NCBI RefSeq assembly: GCF_044704955.1
Contig: NC_091981.1
Location: 264,926,001 to 264,990,000 of the forward strand
Reading direction: 5' to 3'
DNA length: 64,000 nucleotides
Source of the DNA: Pristiophorus japonicus
Taxonomy: Eukaryota
Both the position numbers and the translations under genes were made by a program. The notes beneath the pieces were generated by a model, which worked only from the letters and a program-made list of their open reading frames with translations, made no database searches and was not told the origin of the DNA. Below, one piece after another: positions 23,155-36,324 of the stretch. How positions within the stretch are numbered: position 1 is the first letter of the stretch; the number at the start of each line of letters is the position of its first letter.

Positions 23155-26100
23155 GGAGAAGGCAAAAGAGAAGTAGAAAGAAAACGAAAGGTGACGTCAC
23201 AGCCAAGGGGGTAAGTGATTGGCTGGTGATTGGTAAGTAGTTTTTCTTTTTCTTTTTATATCAGTAAGTAACCTTTTAACATTGTTGTTGCCAATTTAAG
23301 TGTATCTAAGGGTTAAATCATGGCAGGACAGCTCGGACACGTGTTATGCTCCTCCTGTACTATGTGGGAAGTCATGGATGCCTCCGGTGTCCTTGACAAC
23401 TACGTGTGCAGGAAGTGCATCCGTCTCCAGCTCCGAACGGGCCGCATTGCGGCGCTGGAGCTGCGGGTGGATGAACTCTGGAGTATCCACGATGCTGAAA
23501 ATGACGTGAATAGCACATTTAGTGAGTTGGTCACACCGCAGGTAAAGGGTACACAGCCAGATAGTAAATGGGTGACCAACAGGAAGAGCAGTGCAAGGAA
23601 GGTAGTGCAGGGGTCCCTTGCGGTCATCCCCCTGCAAAACAGATACACTGCTTTGAGTACTGTTGAGGGGGATGACTCATCAGGGGAGGGCAGCAGCAGT
23701 CAAGTTCATGGCACCATGGCTGGCTCTGCTGCACAGGAGGGCAGGAAAAAGAGTGGGAGAGCGATAGTGATAGGGGATTCAATGGTAAGGGGAATAGATC
23801 GGCGTTTCTGCGGCCGCAACCGAGACTCCAGGATGGTATGTTGCCTCCCTGGTGCAAGGGTCAAGGATGTCTTGGAGTGGGTGCAGGACATTCTGAAAAG
23901 GGAGGGTGAACAGCCAGTTGTCGTGATACATATAGGTACCAACGATATTGGTAAAAAAAATGGGATGAGGTCCCACGAGATGAATTTAGGGAGCTAGCAG
24001 TTAAATTAAAAAGTAGGACCTCAAAAGTAGTAATCTCAGGATTGCTACCAGTGCCATGTGCGAGTCAGAGTAGGAATCACAGGATAGCTCAGATGAATAC
24101 GTGTCTTGAGGAGTGCTGCAGAAGGGAGGGATTCAAATTCCTGAGACATTGGAACCGGTTCTGGGGGAGGTGGGACCAGTACAAACCGGACGGTCTGCAC
24201 CTGGGCAGGACCGGAACTAATGTCCTAGGGGAAGTGTTTGCTAGTGCTGTTGGGGAGGAGTTAAACTAATATGGCAGGGGGATGGGAACCTATGCAGGGA
24301 GACAGAGGGAAACAAAATGGAGTCAGAAGCAAACTATAGAAAGGAGAATAGTAAAAGTGGAGGGCAGAGAAACCCAAGGCAAAAAACAAAAAGGGCCACA
24401 TTACAGCAAAATTCTAAAGGGGCAAAGTGTGTTAAAAAAACAAGCATGAAGGCTCTGTGCCTCAAGGCGAGGAGTATTTGGAATAAGGTGGATGAATTAA
24501 CTGCGCAGATAGCAGTTAACGGATACGATGTGATTGGCATCACGGAGACATGGCTCCAGGGTGACCAAGGCTGGGAACTCAACATCCAAGGGTATTCAGC
24601 ATTTAGGAAGGATAGACAGAAAGGAAAAGGAGGTGGGGTGGCATTGCTGGTTAAAGAAGAAATCAATGCAATTGTAAGGAAGGACATTGGCCTGGATGAT
24701 GTGGAATCGGTATGGGTGGAGCTGTGGAGTTCCAAAGGGTAGAAAACGCTAGTAGGAGTTGTGTATAGACCACCAAATAGTAGTAGTGAGGTTGGGGACA
24801 GCATCAAACAAGAAATAAGGGATGTGTGCAATAAAGGTACAGCAGTTATCATGGGCAACTTTAATCGACATATTGATTGGGCTAACCTAACTGGTAGAAA
24901 TGCGGTGGAAGAGGATTTCCTGGAGTGTATTAGGGATGGTTTTCTAGATCAATATGTCGAGGAACCAACCAGGGAGCTGGCCATCCTAGACTGAGTGATG
25001 TGTAATGAGAAGGGACTAATTAGCAATCTTGTTGTGCGAGGCCCCTTGGGGAAAAGTGACCATAATATGGTAGAATTCCTTATTAAGGTGGAGAGTGACA
25101 CAGTTAATTCGGAAACTAGGGTCCTGAACTTAAGGAAAGGTAACTTCAACGGTATGAGGCGTAAATTGGCTAAAATAGACTGGCAAAGGATACTCAAAGG
25201 ATTGACGGTGGATAAGCAGTGGCAAACATTTAAAGATCACATGGATGAATTTCAGCAATTGTTCATCCCTGTCTGGAGCAAAAATAAAACTGGGAAGGTG
25301 GCTCAACTGTGGCTAACAAAGGAAATTAAGGATAGTGTTAAAGCCAAGGATGAGGCATATAAATTGGCTAGAAAAAGCAACAAACCTGAGGACTGGGAGA
25401 AATTTAGAATTCAACAGAGGAGGACTAAGGGTTTAATTAGGAGGGGGGAAATAGAGTATGAGAGGAAGTTTGCAGGGAATATAAAAGCTTCTATAAATAT
25501 GTGAAAAGAAAAAGTTTAGTAAAGACAAACGTAGGTCCCTTGCAGTCGGATTCAGGTGAATTTATAATGGTGAACAAAGAAATGGCAGACCAATTGAATC
25601 AATACTTCAGTTCTGTCTTCACAAAGGAAGATACAAATAATCTTCCGAAGGTACTAGGGGACAGTGGGTCTAGTGAGAAGGAGGAGCTGAAGGATATCCT
25701 TATTAGGCGGGAAATTGTGTTAGGGAAATTGATGGGATTGAAGTCTGATAAATCCCCGGGACCTGATAGTCTGCATCCAAGAGTACTCAAGAAAGTGGCC
25801 CTAGAAATAGTGGATGCAGTGGTGATCATTTTCCAACAGTCTATCGACTCTGGATCAGTTCCTATGGACTGGAGGGTAGCTAATGTAACACCACTTTTTA
25901 AAAAAGGCGGGGGAGAGAAAACGGGTAATTATAGACCGGTTAGCCTGATATCAGTAGTGGGGAAAATGTTGGAATCAATCATTAAGGATGAAATAGCAGC
26001 GCATTTGGAAAGCAGTGACAGGATCGGACCAAGTCAGCATGGATTTATGAAAGGGAAATCATGCTTGACAAATCTTCTGGAATTTTTTGAGGATGTAACA

Positions 26101-27336
26101 AGCAGAGTGGACAAGGGAGAACCAGTAGATGTGGTGTATTTGGACTTTCAAAAGGCTTTTGACAAGGTCCCGCACAAGAGATTGGGTGCAAAATCAAAGC
26201 ACATGGTATTGGGGGTAATATACTGACGTGGATAGGGAACTGATTGGCAGACAGGAAGCAGAGAGTCGGAATAAACGGGTCCTTTTCAGAATGGCAGGCA
26301 GTGACTAGTGGAGTGCCACAGGGCTCAGTGCTGGGACCCCAGCTCTTTACAATGTACATTAACGATTTAGATGAAGAAATATAACGTAATATCTCCAAGT
26401 TTGTGAATGACACTAAACTGGGTGGAGGTGTGAGCTGTGAGGAGGACGCTAAGAGGCTGCAGGGTGACTTGGACAGGTTAGGTGAGTGGGCAAATACATG
26501 GCAGATGCAGTATAATGTGGATAAATGTGAGGTTATCCATTTTGGGGGCAAAAGCATGAAGGCAGAATATTATCTGAATGGCGGCAGATTAGGAAAAGGT
26601 GAGGTGCAACGAGACCTGGGTGTCATGGTTCATCAGTCACTGAAAGTGGGCACAGAGGTTCAGCAGGCGGTAAAGAAGACAAATGGTATGTTGGCCTTCA
26701 TAGCTAGGGAATTTGAATATAGAAGCAGGGAGGTCTTAATGCAGCTGTACAGGGCCTTAGTGAGGCCTCACCTGGAATATTGTATTCAGTTTTGGTCTCC
26801 TTGTCTGAGGAAGGACGTTCTTGCTATTGAGGGAGTGCAGCGAAGGTTCACCAGATTGATTCCAGGGATGGCTGGGCTGTCATATGAGGAGAGATTGGAT
26901 CAACTGAGCCTTTATTCACTGGAGTTTAGAAGGATGAGAGGGGATCTCATAGAAACATATAAAATTCTGACGGTACTGGACAGGATAGATGCGGGAAGAA
27001 TGTTCCCGATGTTGGGGAAGTCCCGAACCAGGGGACATAGTCTTAGGATAAGGGGTAGGCCATTTAGGACCGAGATGAGGAGAAACTTCTTCACTCAGAG
27101 AGTTGTTAACCTGTGGAATTCCCTGCCGCAGAGCGTTGTTGATGCCAGTTCATTGGATATATTCAAGAGGGAGTTAGATATGGCTCTTACGGTTAAGGGG
27201 ATCAAGGGGTACGGAAAGAAAGCAGGAAAGAGGTACTGAAGGAATGATCAGCCATGATCTTGTTGAATGGTGGTGCTGGCTTGAAGGGCCGAATGGCCTA
27301 CTCCTGCACCTATTTTCTATGTTTCTATGTTTCTAT
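23155..27336 (+). mobile_element. Apparently full-length CR1 subfamily A (5' UTR, ORF1 Zn-finger/coiled-coil/SGNH esterase, ORF2 APE-RT, tail), inactivated
   Basis: ORF1 from ATG 23320: CSSC...CRKC, heptad IAALELRVDEL, GDS, CLPGA, HIGTND, DGLH to stop 24269 (one frameshift near 23955); ORF2 ~24260-27239 with several stops; (TTTCTATG)3 tail. Confidence 0.93.
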
Positions 27337-27959
27337 GCTAGAGCTGTGGCACTCATAGCAGCCCACTTCCGTTATCTTTGCTTCTCTGTAAACCAACTGT
27401 TCATGGCTCAATGACTGCTTCCCAGGAATGTTGCAGAGCCAAGATTAAAGATAGAGAGAGATGGATAAACATTGTTCAAAAAACATATAAAAGCTCGAAC
27501 AAATTCAGCAGATGACAGGCCTGTGAGAACCACCCTTGAGAAAGTCACTGCTCAGGACTGTGATCTTTAAAAAATAAAGTTTGTAAGCACCTGCACTCGC
27601 CCAAGCAGGAAAATATAGATGGGAGATGGGTGCAAACCAACCTGACTGGATTTATAAAAAAACCTGAGTCAGCCTTTGCATGTACTGCCAGTATTATTCT
27701 TCCTTACGCAATTTGCACAGTATAAATTATACACAAATTCCTTCAGGCGATCACTGATCATTACCTTGCTCATTTCACCTTCCTCTGGCTAGAGTTCAAA
27801 GCACTCTCATTCAGCAAAAAATCTACATTACACGTGTGTTTAAATAGATATTAAATTTGAATGAATTTGCATACAAATCCAATGCCTGTCTTCCTGCAGC
27901 TTGTAAACTGAATCATTTCGACTCTGTGTATCTGAATCAAATGAATTAAATGGCCTCCT

Positions 27960-28722
27960 TTATTTTTCTTTATTCATTCTCAGGTTGCAGGCATTGCTGG
28001 CAACGGCTGTGTTTATTGCCGATCCCTAGTTGCCATTGAGAATGTCGTGGTGAGCCGTCTTTAGAACAGCTGCGGTCCATGTGTTGAAAGTACTCCCATG
28101 GTGCTGTTAGGTAGGGAGTTCCAGCTCTTTTTAAAAACTATTCATGGGATATGGGCGTCGCTGGCAAGGTCAGCATTTATTGCCGATCCCTAGTTGCCAT
28201 TGAGAATTTGGTGGTGAGCCATCTTCTTGAACCACTACAGTTGGTGTGGTGAAGGTACACCCACAGTGTTGTTAGATAGGGAGCAACGATTCCCACTGTG
28301 CAGCGATCTGGAGGTCCCACACAGGCTGCTCACCAGCTTTTCAATGCAAGAAACCACACATGCACGAAAATTTGAATCGGCCGTACAGCCCCTTAAAAAA
28401 ATGACAGGGAACATTGGTAGGAAGTCCAGGATGTTGACCCAGTGATGATGAAGGAACGGCGATATATTTCCAAGTCAGGATGGTGTGTGACTTGGAGGGG
28501 AACTTGTTGGTGGTGCTGTTCTCGTGCACCTGCTGGTCTTGTCCTTCTAGCTGGTAGAGGTCACGGGTTTGGGGAGGTGCTCTCGAGGAAACCTGCTGTG
28601 TTGCTGCAGTACATCTTGTAGATGGAACACATTGCAGCCACGGTGCACACGGTGGTGGAGGGAGTGAATGTTTAAGGTGATGGATGAGGTGCCAATCAAG
28701 CGGGCTGCATTGTCCTGGATGG
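27960..28722 (-). mobile_element. Two adjacent 3' fragments of a different CR1-clade family
   Basis: Repeated TTTATTGCCGATCCCTAGTTGCCATTGAGAAT...GGTGAGCC at ~28010 and ~28175; same end at ~36090-36170 and ~60600. Confidence 0.6.
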
Positions 28723-28741
28723 AACCTCGAGTACCTCGAGC

Positions 28742-29030
28742 CTCAGTCTAAGGATAAGGGCTAAGCCATTTAGGACCGAGATGAGGAGAAACTTCTTCAC
28801 TCAGAGAGTTGTGAGCCTGTGGAATTCTCTACCACAGAAAGTTGCTGAGGCCAGTTCGTTGGATATATTCAAAAGGGAGTTAGATGTAGCCCTTACGGCT
28901 AAAGGGATCAAGGGGTATGGAGAGAAAGCAGGAATGGGGTACTGAAGTTGTATGATCAGCCATGATCATATTGAATGGTGGTGCAGGCTCGAAGGGCCAA
29001 ATGGCCTACACCTGCACCTATGTTTCTCTG
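28742..29030 (+). mobile_element. CR1 subfamily A 3' tail
   Basis: CAGTCTAAGGATAAGGG...GAGATGAGGAGAAACTTCTTC...3' UTR. Confidence 0.88.
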
Positions 29031-29032
29031 TT

Positions 29033-29198
29033 TCATCGCGGAGAGCATGCAGAAACCAAGCGCAAGCAATGGAAGGAGCGTGTGGCAAACCAGTCCCACC
29101 CACCCTTTCCTTCAATGACTGTCCCACCTGTGACAGAGACTGTAATTCCCGTATTGCAAGCAGTCTTCCTCGATTCCGAGGGGTTGTCTATGATGATG
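29033..29198 (+). mobile_element. RTE 3' tail fragment
   Basis: GAGAGCATGCAGAAACCAAGCGC...CTCGATTCCGAGGG...(ATG)n. Confidence 0.82.
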
Positions 29199-30875
29199 GT
29201 TTCGAGCTTCGTGAATGTTGTTGGAACTGCACTCATCCAGGCAAGTGGAGGGTTATTATCCATAATTATCGTGTGATCTAAGAGCAGACAAATCTCTACC
29301 AAGTTTAGGAGCTGACAGGTGGGGGTAGGGTGCGAGTGGGTGGGTGGGAAAAGGAGGGATGGTTGCCTTCAATTGCTCCTGGTATATTTTTCTTTTTTGT
29401 CAATGCCAGACTTCTTCAGCCAAAATACGACAGGTTGAATATTCCTGCACCGGAATATATAAACTTCTACAATACGGTGAGAACAGTGAGGGCAATACCT
29501 GTGAAAATTGAGAATTCAGAGTATTTCGGAGGAGATGCACACTGACACTTCCTGGATTTTTCGTCAGGGATAAACAGTGATCATCGCAGATTGTTAAATA
29601 CGGTACAGGGGATTAACAAGGTGCGAAGAAGTGCCCGAAATAGTCGCCGCTCTCAATATGTTATAAGCGGCGACTTTGTAATTGACTCCTATGGCATATG
29701 GTTAGCGCTATTTGCTCGATATAGACAGCCAGCCGTCATAAATATGAACGGTACAAGTCGTGAGGACTGCATTTACATCTGTATCATGGGACATTGAGGC
29801 ACAGAGGGTGAGGCATTAATTATTAAGACTTTGAATATATTTGCATGTTACATAACATACAACAGCAATATAGCACCTCGAACAAAGAAACGTGTCCCAT
29901 CGTGTTTTACAGAGGGCAAACTGAAAACAAGGAACAGATATTGACCCATTGTGGGAGAGTCTGAAGACACCAAAAGCGTGGTCAAAAATGGATTTTAAGA
30001 ATGCTTTTAAAAGCAGGAAGAGAGATAGAGAGGTTTAGAGGGATTTAGGGAGGGAATTAGCGAGTGCAGCAGAGACGGCTGACGTTTCTGCCACCAATGG
30101 TAGGGCAAAGGGAGTGGTTGCACTTAAGATCAGAGAGTGTGGGAGCGGGTATAAGACTGGAAAAGATTGCACAGATAATGTGGGGCAAGAGCACGGAAGG
30201 ATTTGAAAATGAGGACAAGGGGTTTAGATTCAAAGCGTTGGAGCACAGCTGAGGTCAACATCAGAACTCAAGCTAAAACTCACACTGTTCCATATTCCCC
30301 ACACTAATTCCTGACATTTGACAAAAGATGACAACCCGAATCCTGAGTGGAATTCCGAGTGTTTTCCAGTAGACTTCTGCAAAGATGAAGACAAATGATC
30401 GAACTGCGGAGGTCTACCGCACAGAAGGTGGTCATTCAGCCCTTTGTACCGACCACTGCTTTTTGCTTCAGCAATCCAAAACTAATCCCACTGCCCTGCT
30501 CTCTCCCCATATCAATGTTATAGAGATTCAGGATAGAATAATGTTTTCAGAATTAGATTGAAAGCATTATTATTGATTGATTCTAGCTTAACTAGAATAC
30601 AGGTTAGAAGGCAAAGTCTTCCTGCCGACAATGAAGTCTCCTGCCTTTATTGCTGGCCGATGTCACCGAGGCAGTTTTAAATTAGACAAGGGTTTGAGCA
30701 TTTATATGTACAATAGGGCGAGAGGAGTTCCTCTAAGAAGCATTACTAAGTTGTAATTTACATATAAAGACAGTTTTAAATTGGTACCTGTCACCAGAGG
30801 GTCAATTCAACCCCTCCATGCCCCTATCCCATATATCTAGAACTTGGAACTACTTCTCACAGTGTCCCTCCAGTG

Positions 30876-31600
30876 TGCCAGTGCAGCCTTCAGCCACCTG
30901 AAGAAAAAGTGTTCGAAGACCAGGCCCTCAAATCTGCCACCAAGCTCATGGTCTACAGGGCTGTAGTAATACCCGCCCTCCTGTATGGCTCAGAGACATG
31001 GACCATGTACAGTAGACACCTCAAGTTGCTGGAGAAATACCACCAATGATGTCTCCACAAGATCCGACAAATCCCCTGGGAGGACAGATGCACCAACATT
31101 AGCGTCCTCGACCAGGCCAACATCCCCAGCATTGAACCACTGACCACACGTGATCAGCTCCGCTGGGCAGGCCACATTGTTCGCATGCCAGACACGAGAT
31201 TCCCAAAGCAAGCACTCTACTTGGAACTCCTTCACAGCAAACGAGCCAAAGGTGGGCAGAGGAAACGTAACAAGGACACCCTCAAAGCCTCCCTGATAAA
31301 GTGCAACATCCCCACTGACACCAGGGAATCCCTGGCCAAAGACCGCCCTAAGTGGAGGAAGTGCATCTGGGAGGGCACTGAGCTCCCTCGAGTCTCATCA
31401 CCAAGAGCATGCAGAAATCAAGCGTAGGCAGCGGAAGGAGCGTGCGGCAAACCTGTCCCACCCTCCCTTACCCTCAATGACTATCTGTCCCACCGGTGAC
31501 AGAGAATGTGGCTCTCGTATTGGACTGTTCAGCCACCTAAGGTCTCATTTTAAGAAAGGAAGCAAGTCTTCCTCGATTCCGAGGGACTGCCTATGATTGA
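30876..31600 (+). mobile_element. RTE-clade LINE 3' fragment
   Basis: VYRAVVIPALLYGSETW, QLRWAGHIVRMPDTRFPK, GGQRKR.KDTLK, C2H2-like terminal motif, GGGACTGCCTATGA tail. Confidence 0.88.
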
Positions 31601-31812
31601 TTGACCCTGAACCATGCCTACTGGCCTCCCATTAGATTGTTTAGTCTTTCAGTTCTAATTTCTAATCAGGATCTCTATAAAATGTCTCTATTTGTACAGG
31701 GAACATTTGTAATATTGTGATCCAATTGCACCTGAAGTTGCATCTTTGTAACCTCTCTCAGTCAGTAATTAAACAAGTAAAGGTCAATGTTTTGCAATAT
31801 TCTAACTGACAG

Positions 31813-32182
31813 TAGGGTTGCCAATCCTGGTTGGACGAATCCCTGGAGGTTTCATCACATCATCTTCTGCCTCCTCACTCTCGCCATTGGTCACCCAACA
31901 TGTCCAACTTTCCGAAGCAACACCTTCCCAGGCCAATTGGAAAGCGAGCAGACACGTCGTGAGCTGATTGGATGATTCTTGACTATCAATCAAACAACCT
32001 TTTTGCTATCTTTAATATTTCTATAACTAATAAACAAAATTGCTGAAAAAAAATGGAAAAAGTACACAGGTTTTTTTTAATATCCGAATGATTTTTCTTC
32101 CAGTTTGCTCACAGAAGTGTGCTAGATATTGATCTTTAATTCCTGGAGACTCCAAGACAATCCTAGAGGGTTGGTAACCCTA
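31813..32182. mobile_element. hAT-type MITE
   Basis: TIR TAGGGTTGCCAA / TTGGTAACCCTA; 8-bp TSD ACTGACAG / ACTGACTG (7 of 8 match). Confidence 0.8.
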
Positions 32183-32721
32183 ACTGACTGGCATCTACAG
32201 TATTCACAATGATGCAAAATCATTCTATGATCGAATAATTAACATTGTAAAACAATAAAAGTGTCAGTTGTCATTAAAACCTGATAAGGAAGTGGTGAAG
32301 TCTCTGGACATTGTCTTAAGTTATAATTGAAATACCTTAATTATTCTCTTTATGTATACATCTCTGAGATCATACACACCAACTTTCTTTAGTGATAGTG
32401 TCTCGTATAAACCACTTCAAGTAAATTTAATTCTTAGTTTTGTGTATAATGTTTGCAATGCCAGAACTTGAAGTTTCTTCACTGTCCTTCTCCAAGATGG
32501 CTCATTGCCTCAATGTTGCATTCAATTGACTTGAATGAAAACAATTCTTCTGTACAAAGGACCTTGTGACTAAATAGAAACAAAAATACCAATATATTAG
32601 TGTGCGGCATTTAAACAGCATTTTTAAAATATATTCTACTTGCTGACTAATAGAGTACAAAATCCAGAGTTTCGGGAGAACCCATCACTTGAAGGATGCC
32701 CCGTAATGTGATAATCTGGAT

Positions 32722-32992
32722 TCATCATCATCATCATAGGCAGTCCCTCGAAATCAAGGAAGACTTGCTTCCACTCTAAAAGTGAGTTCTCCGGTGAATG
32801 TACAGTCCAATACGAGAATTACAGTCTCTGTCACAGGTGGGACAGACAGTCGTTGAAGGAAAGGATGCGTGGGGAGTCTGGTTTGCCGCATGTTCCTTCC
32901 GCTGCCTGCGCTTGTTTTCTGCATGCTCTCGGCAACGAGACTCGAGGTGCTCAGTGCCCTACCGGATGCTCTTCCTCCACTTGTCTTTGGCC
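32722..32992 (-). mobile_element. RTE 3' tail fragment
   Basis: (CAT)n-AGGCAGTCCCTCG on the plus strand. Confidence 0.85.
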
Positions 32993-33852
32993 AACTCAAC
33001 TACAGAAGGACTGGATGATAGCTACTTAACCGATTGCACTCCTCACTGTAGTGCTTTCAGAGGACTCGAGGAAGCTCTGAATGATGTCACAGCTTGATGA
33101 AGAAGCTGCTGGTTGCACATTGAACATATTGACTGGTGAGCCAGGCTGTGCTTAGTGCCATTGTGTAAAATTAAATAAAGTAACCTTGTTAGTTTACAAC
33201 TGGGTAGCTTGAACTCGCCTGTCAGTATGGGCTGGATTGATGACGTTATCAATAGGAACAGCGCACTGGGATAAATGCTAGTATATGTCTTGTTTGGCTG
33301 ACATGTGCTTTTGGGGGAGATGTTCTGGCTTGTAGAATGTACCCCAGAGAAGGCCCTGTGAGGCATCCAGTCAGTGTTGGTAGGATATATTCATTTGCCT
33401 CTGTTGGTTCCCCTTCCCCTGAATATTCAATGTCCTCTTTCTGTCCTTCTCTGAATGAATTATTTACTCAACATTTCATTCAGCAGACTTGAATAAAAAC
33501 AACTCTTCAATAAGAGCCTTGTTACATTGTCCAGGAATTTCCTGCAATGGCGATATTGCCGACTAATGCGTAAATTAGATTGTTGTGCACCCTTATGCTC
33601 CAATGGCGAAGCGGACTGTTCATATGATGTGCTTTATCCTAAACAGAAATCCAATGACCTAGTGCTTCTGTTGATATCCCACTGACTGTTTCACGGAGCA
33701 GTCCCATTTTTAAGTTGATTCACAGACTCCCAGGCTGCCTGTAATTTTTGTGGCCTGGATAAGTCATTGTTTAATGTTTACAGAGAGTGTGAGGGATTGC
33801 AACACATCTTCCATTATTTGAAAGTGCTGCTCCTCTATTTCTGGCTATACTT

Positions 33853-35076
33853 CATAAGAACATAAGAATTAGGAACAGTAGTAAGCCATATGGCCCCTCG
33901 AGCCTTCACTGCCATTCATTAAAATCATGGCTGATTTTCGACTTCAACTCTATTTCCCGCCCTACCTCCATATCCTTTGATTCCTCTAGAATCCAAAAAT
34001 CTATCTATCTCTGCCTTGAATATACTCAATGATTCAGCATCCACAGCCCATTGGGGTTGAGAATTTCAAAGATTCGCAATCCTCTGAGTGTAGAAATTCC
34101 TCCTCATCTCAGTCTTAATAGGCCGATCCCTTATCCAGAGACTATGCCCCTTAATTCTAGACTCTCCAGCCAGGGGAACCAACCTCTCAGCTTCTATCCT
34201 GTCAATCCCCCTCAGAATCTTATATGTTTCAATGAGATCACCTCTCATTCTTCTAAACTCCAGAGAGTATAGGCCCATTCTATACAATCTCTCCTCATAA
34301 GACAATCCTCTCTGCCCAGGAATCAATCTAGTAAACCTTCATTGCACTGCCTCTAAGGCAAGTATGTCCTTCCTAAGATAAGGAGACCAAAACCTTGCAC
34401 AGTACTCTCGGTGTGGTCTCACCAAAGCCCTGTACAATTGTAGCAAGACTTCCTTACTCTTGTACTCCAACCCTCTAGCAATAAAGGCCCACATGCCAGT
34501 TGCCTTCCTAATTGCTTGCTGTACTTGCATGCTGAATTTCTGTGTTTCTTGTACCTGGACGCCTATATCCCTTGGATCACCAACATTTAACAGTTTCTCA
34601 CCATTTAAAAAATATTCTGTTTTTCTATTCTTCCTACCAAAGTGAATAACCCCTCACATTCCCCAACATTATACTCCACCTGCCACCTTATTGCCCATTC
34701 ACTTAACCTGTCTATATCCCGGGCCGGGCCCTGGAATGTCGCGGCGGAGGTGTGGCGAATGAGGGGACGGGGCCCAGAAGAGCTGAGAGCCCAGGGGCAG
34801 CACGGACCTGTCCACACTGCGATATGTGTGCTCACTAGGTCCGTGCAGCAGAGCAAGTCTCCAGTCGTCCTGGTTACTCCTTGCCACTGGATAAAGGCCT
34901 AGCTCTATCAAGTCCGTGTGGTGGCTGATGTGCAATGGTCATCACACGTTAAAAAAATTCACGCACAGGCATCTTCCACCCCTTCAACTGGAGCTCAGGA
35001 TTGGAACATCGGGTCCTTCATTGAAACATCTGTGAACACTCGTGGAAGCAAGTCATCCTTGCTCGAGGGACCGCCT

Positions 35077-35110
<34 letters not shown>

Positions 35111-35240
35111 GCTCCTTGTGTTCTCCTCACAGCTTACTTTCCCACCTAGCTTTGTATTATAGTTTACATTGTATGGTTACATTGCACTTGGTTCCCTTCA
35201 TCTAAGTCATTAATATAGATTGTAAATAGTTGAGGCCCAG
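33853..35240 (-). mobile_element. CR1 3' fragment interrupted by an RTE-derived element
   Basis: QVQQAIRKA...LYRALVRPH, RRMRGDLIE on the minus strand; CATAAGAA tail at 33853. Confidence 0.85.
34717..35109 (+). mobile_element. Second copy of the bipartite RTE derivative
   Basis: Collinear with 20260-20584; long (ATG)n tail at 35077-35109. Confidence 0.75.
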
Positions 35241-35429
35241 GTATTGTTTCATGTTTATACAGACAGTGAGGGATTGCAACCCCTCTTCCATTATTTGATG
35301 GGGGTTGCTCCTCTATTTCTGGCTGTATTTCATAAGAACATAAAGAATTGGGAGCAGGAGTGATGCACTTTATCCGAAAAAGAAATCCAATGACCTTGTT
35401 GCTATCCTCCTAGTTTACTGACTGTTGCA

Positions 35430-36080
35430 TGGAACAGTCCTATCTAATATGTTTTTTAGTTGATTCACGGGCTCCCAGTCTGCCTGTAATTTTTGCAGCC
35501 TGGATGAGTCATTGTTTCATGTTTATAGAGCGTGTCAGAGATTGCAACCCTTCTTCTATTATTTGAGGGCTGTTCCGCTATTTCTGGCTCTACTTCAGTC
35601 CCACGCTCCTGAACTTTGGCCACCCGGCGCGGAGGTGAACAGGCGGGTCGGAGTCTCCTCGTGAGTCTGCTGCGGGGCCTAGTCAAGGTGGCCATTATCT
35701 GCTCCAGGCACAGCACGGTCAATAGGAGGTGTTCACTTCGGCTGCCCTGCCTCTCTTCTGCAGCTATTTCTGCATCCAGGTGTCCCTGGAGAGGGAGCGC
35801 GCAGCGTTTGCCAGTATGCTTGAGGCTTTCCACAACCGGTGGGCATCAGAAGGACTAGAGTGCATAGTGGAGACAGGGAACAAAATTATAATTTTAAAAA
35901 GTTTTGACGTTAGTTTTGTCATAATTTTAAACTTATTATAATTTGGGATAACAGTGACTACACTTCAAAAAGTGCTTCATTGGCTGTAAAGCACTTTGGG
36001 ACGTATGGTAGTCATGAAAGGCGCTATATAAATGCCAGTCTTAAAAAAAATTATTTGTCCCTCTGAAAAGGGGGCACTTA
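35430..36080 (+). mobile_element. Tx1/L1-clade 3' fragment with a SINE tail inserted near 35945-36040
   Basis: Homologous to the reverse complement of 16495-17030. Confidence 0.65.
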
Positions 36081-36324
36081 TGTTTTATTCATTCATGGGA
36101 TGTGGGTGTCTCTATTTATTGCCAGTATTTATTGCCCATCCCTAATTGCCCTTGAGAAGGTGGTGGTGAGCCGTCCGTCTCTAATTGCCTTTGAGAAAGT
36201 GGTAGTAATTTCAGAAGGCAGTTAAGAGTCAACCACATTCCATACTCGATCAGCTCCGCGGGGCAGGCCACATAGTCCGCATGCCAGACACGAGACTTCC
36301 AAAGTCTCTGTGGTGGTGGCTGAT

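Noticed and set aside
35077-35109. Poly-Met run in an ORF
   Set aside because: (ATG)n tail of an RTE-mobilised element.
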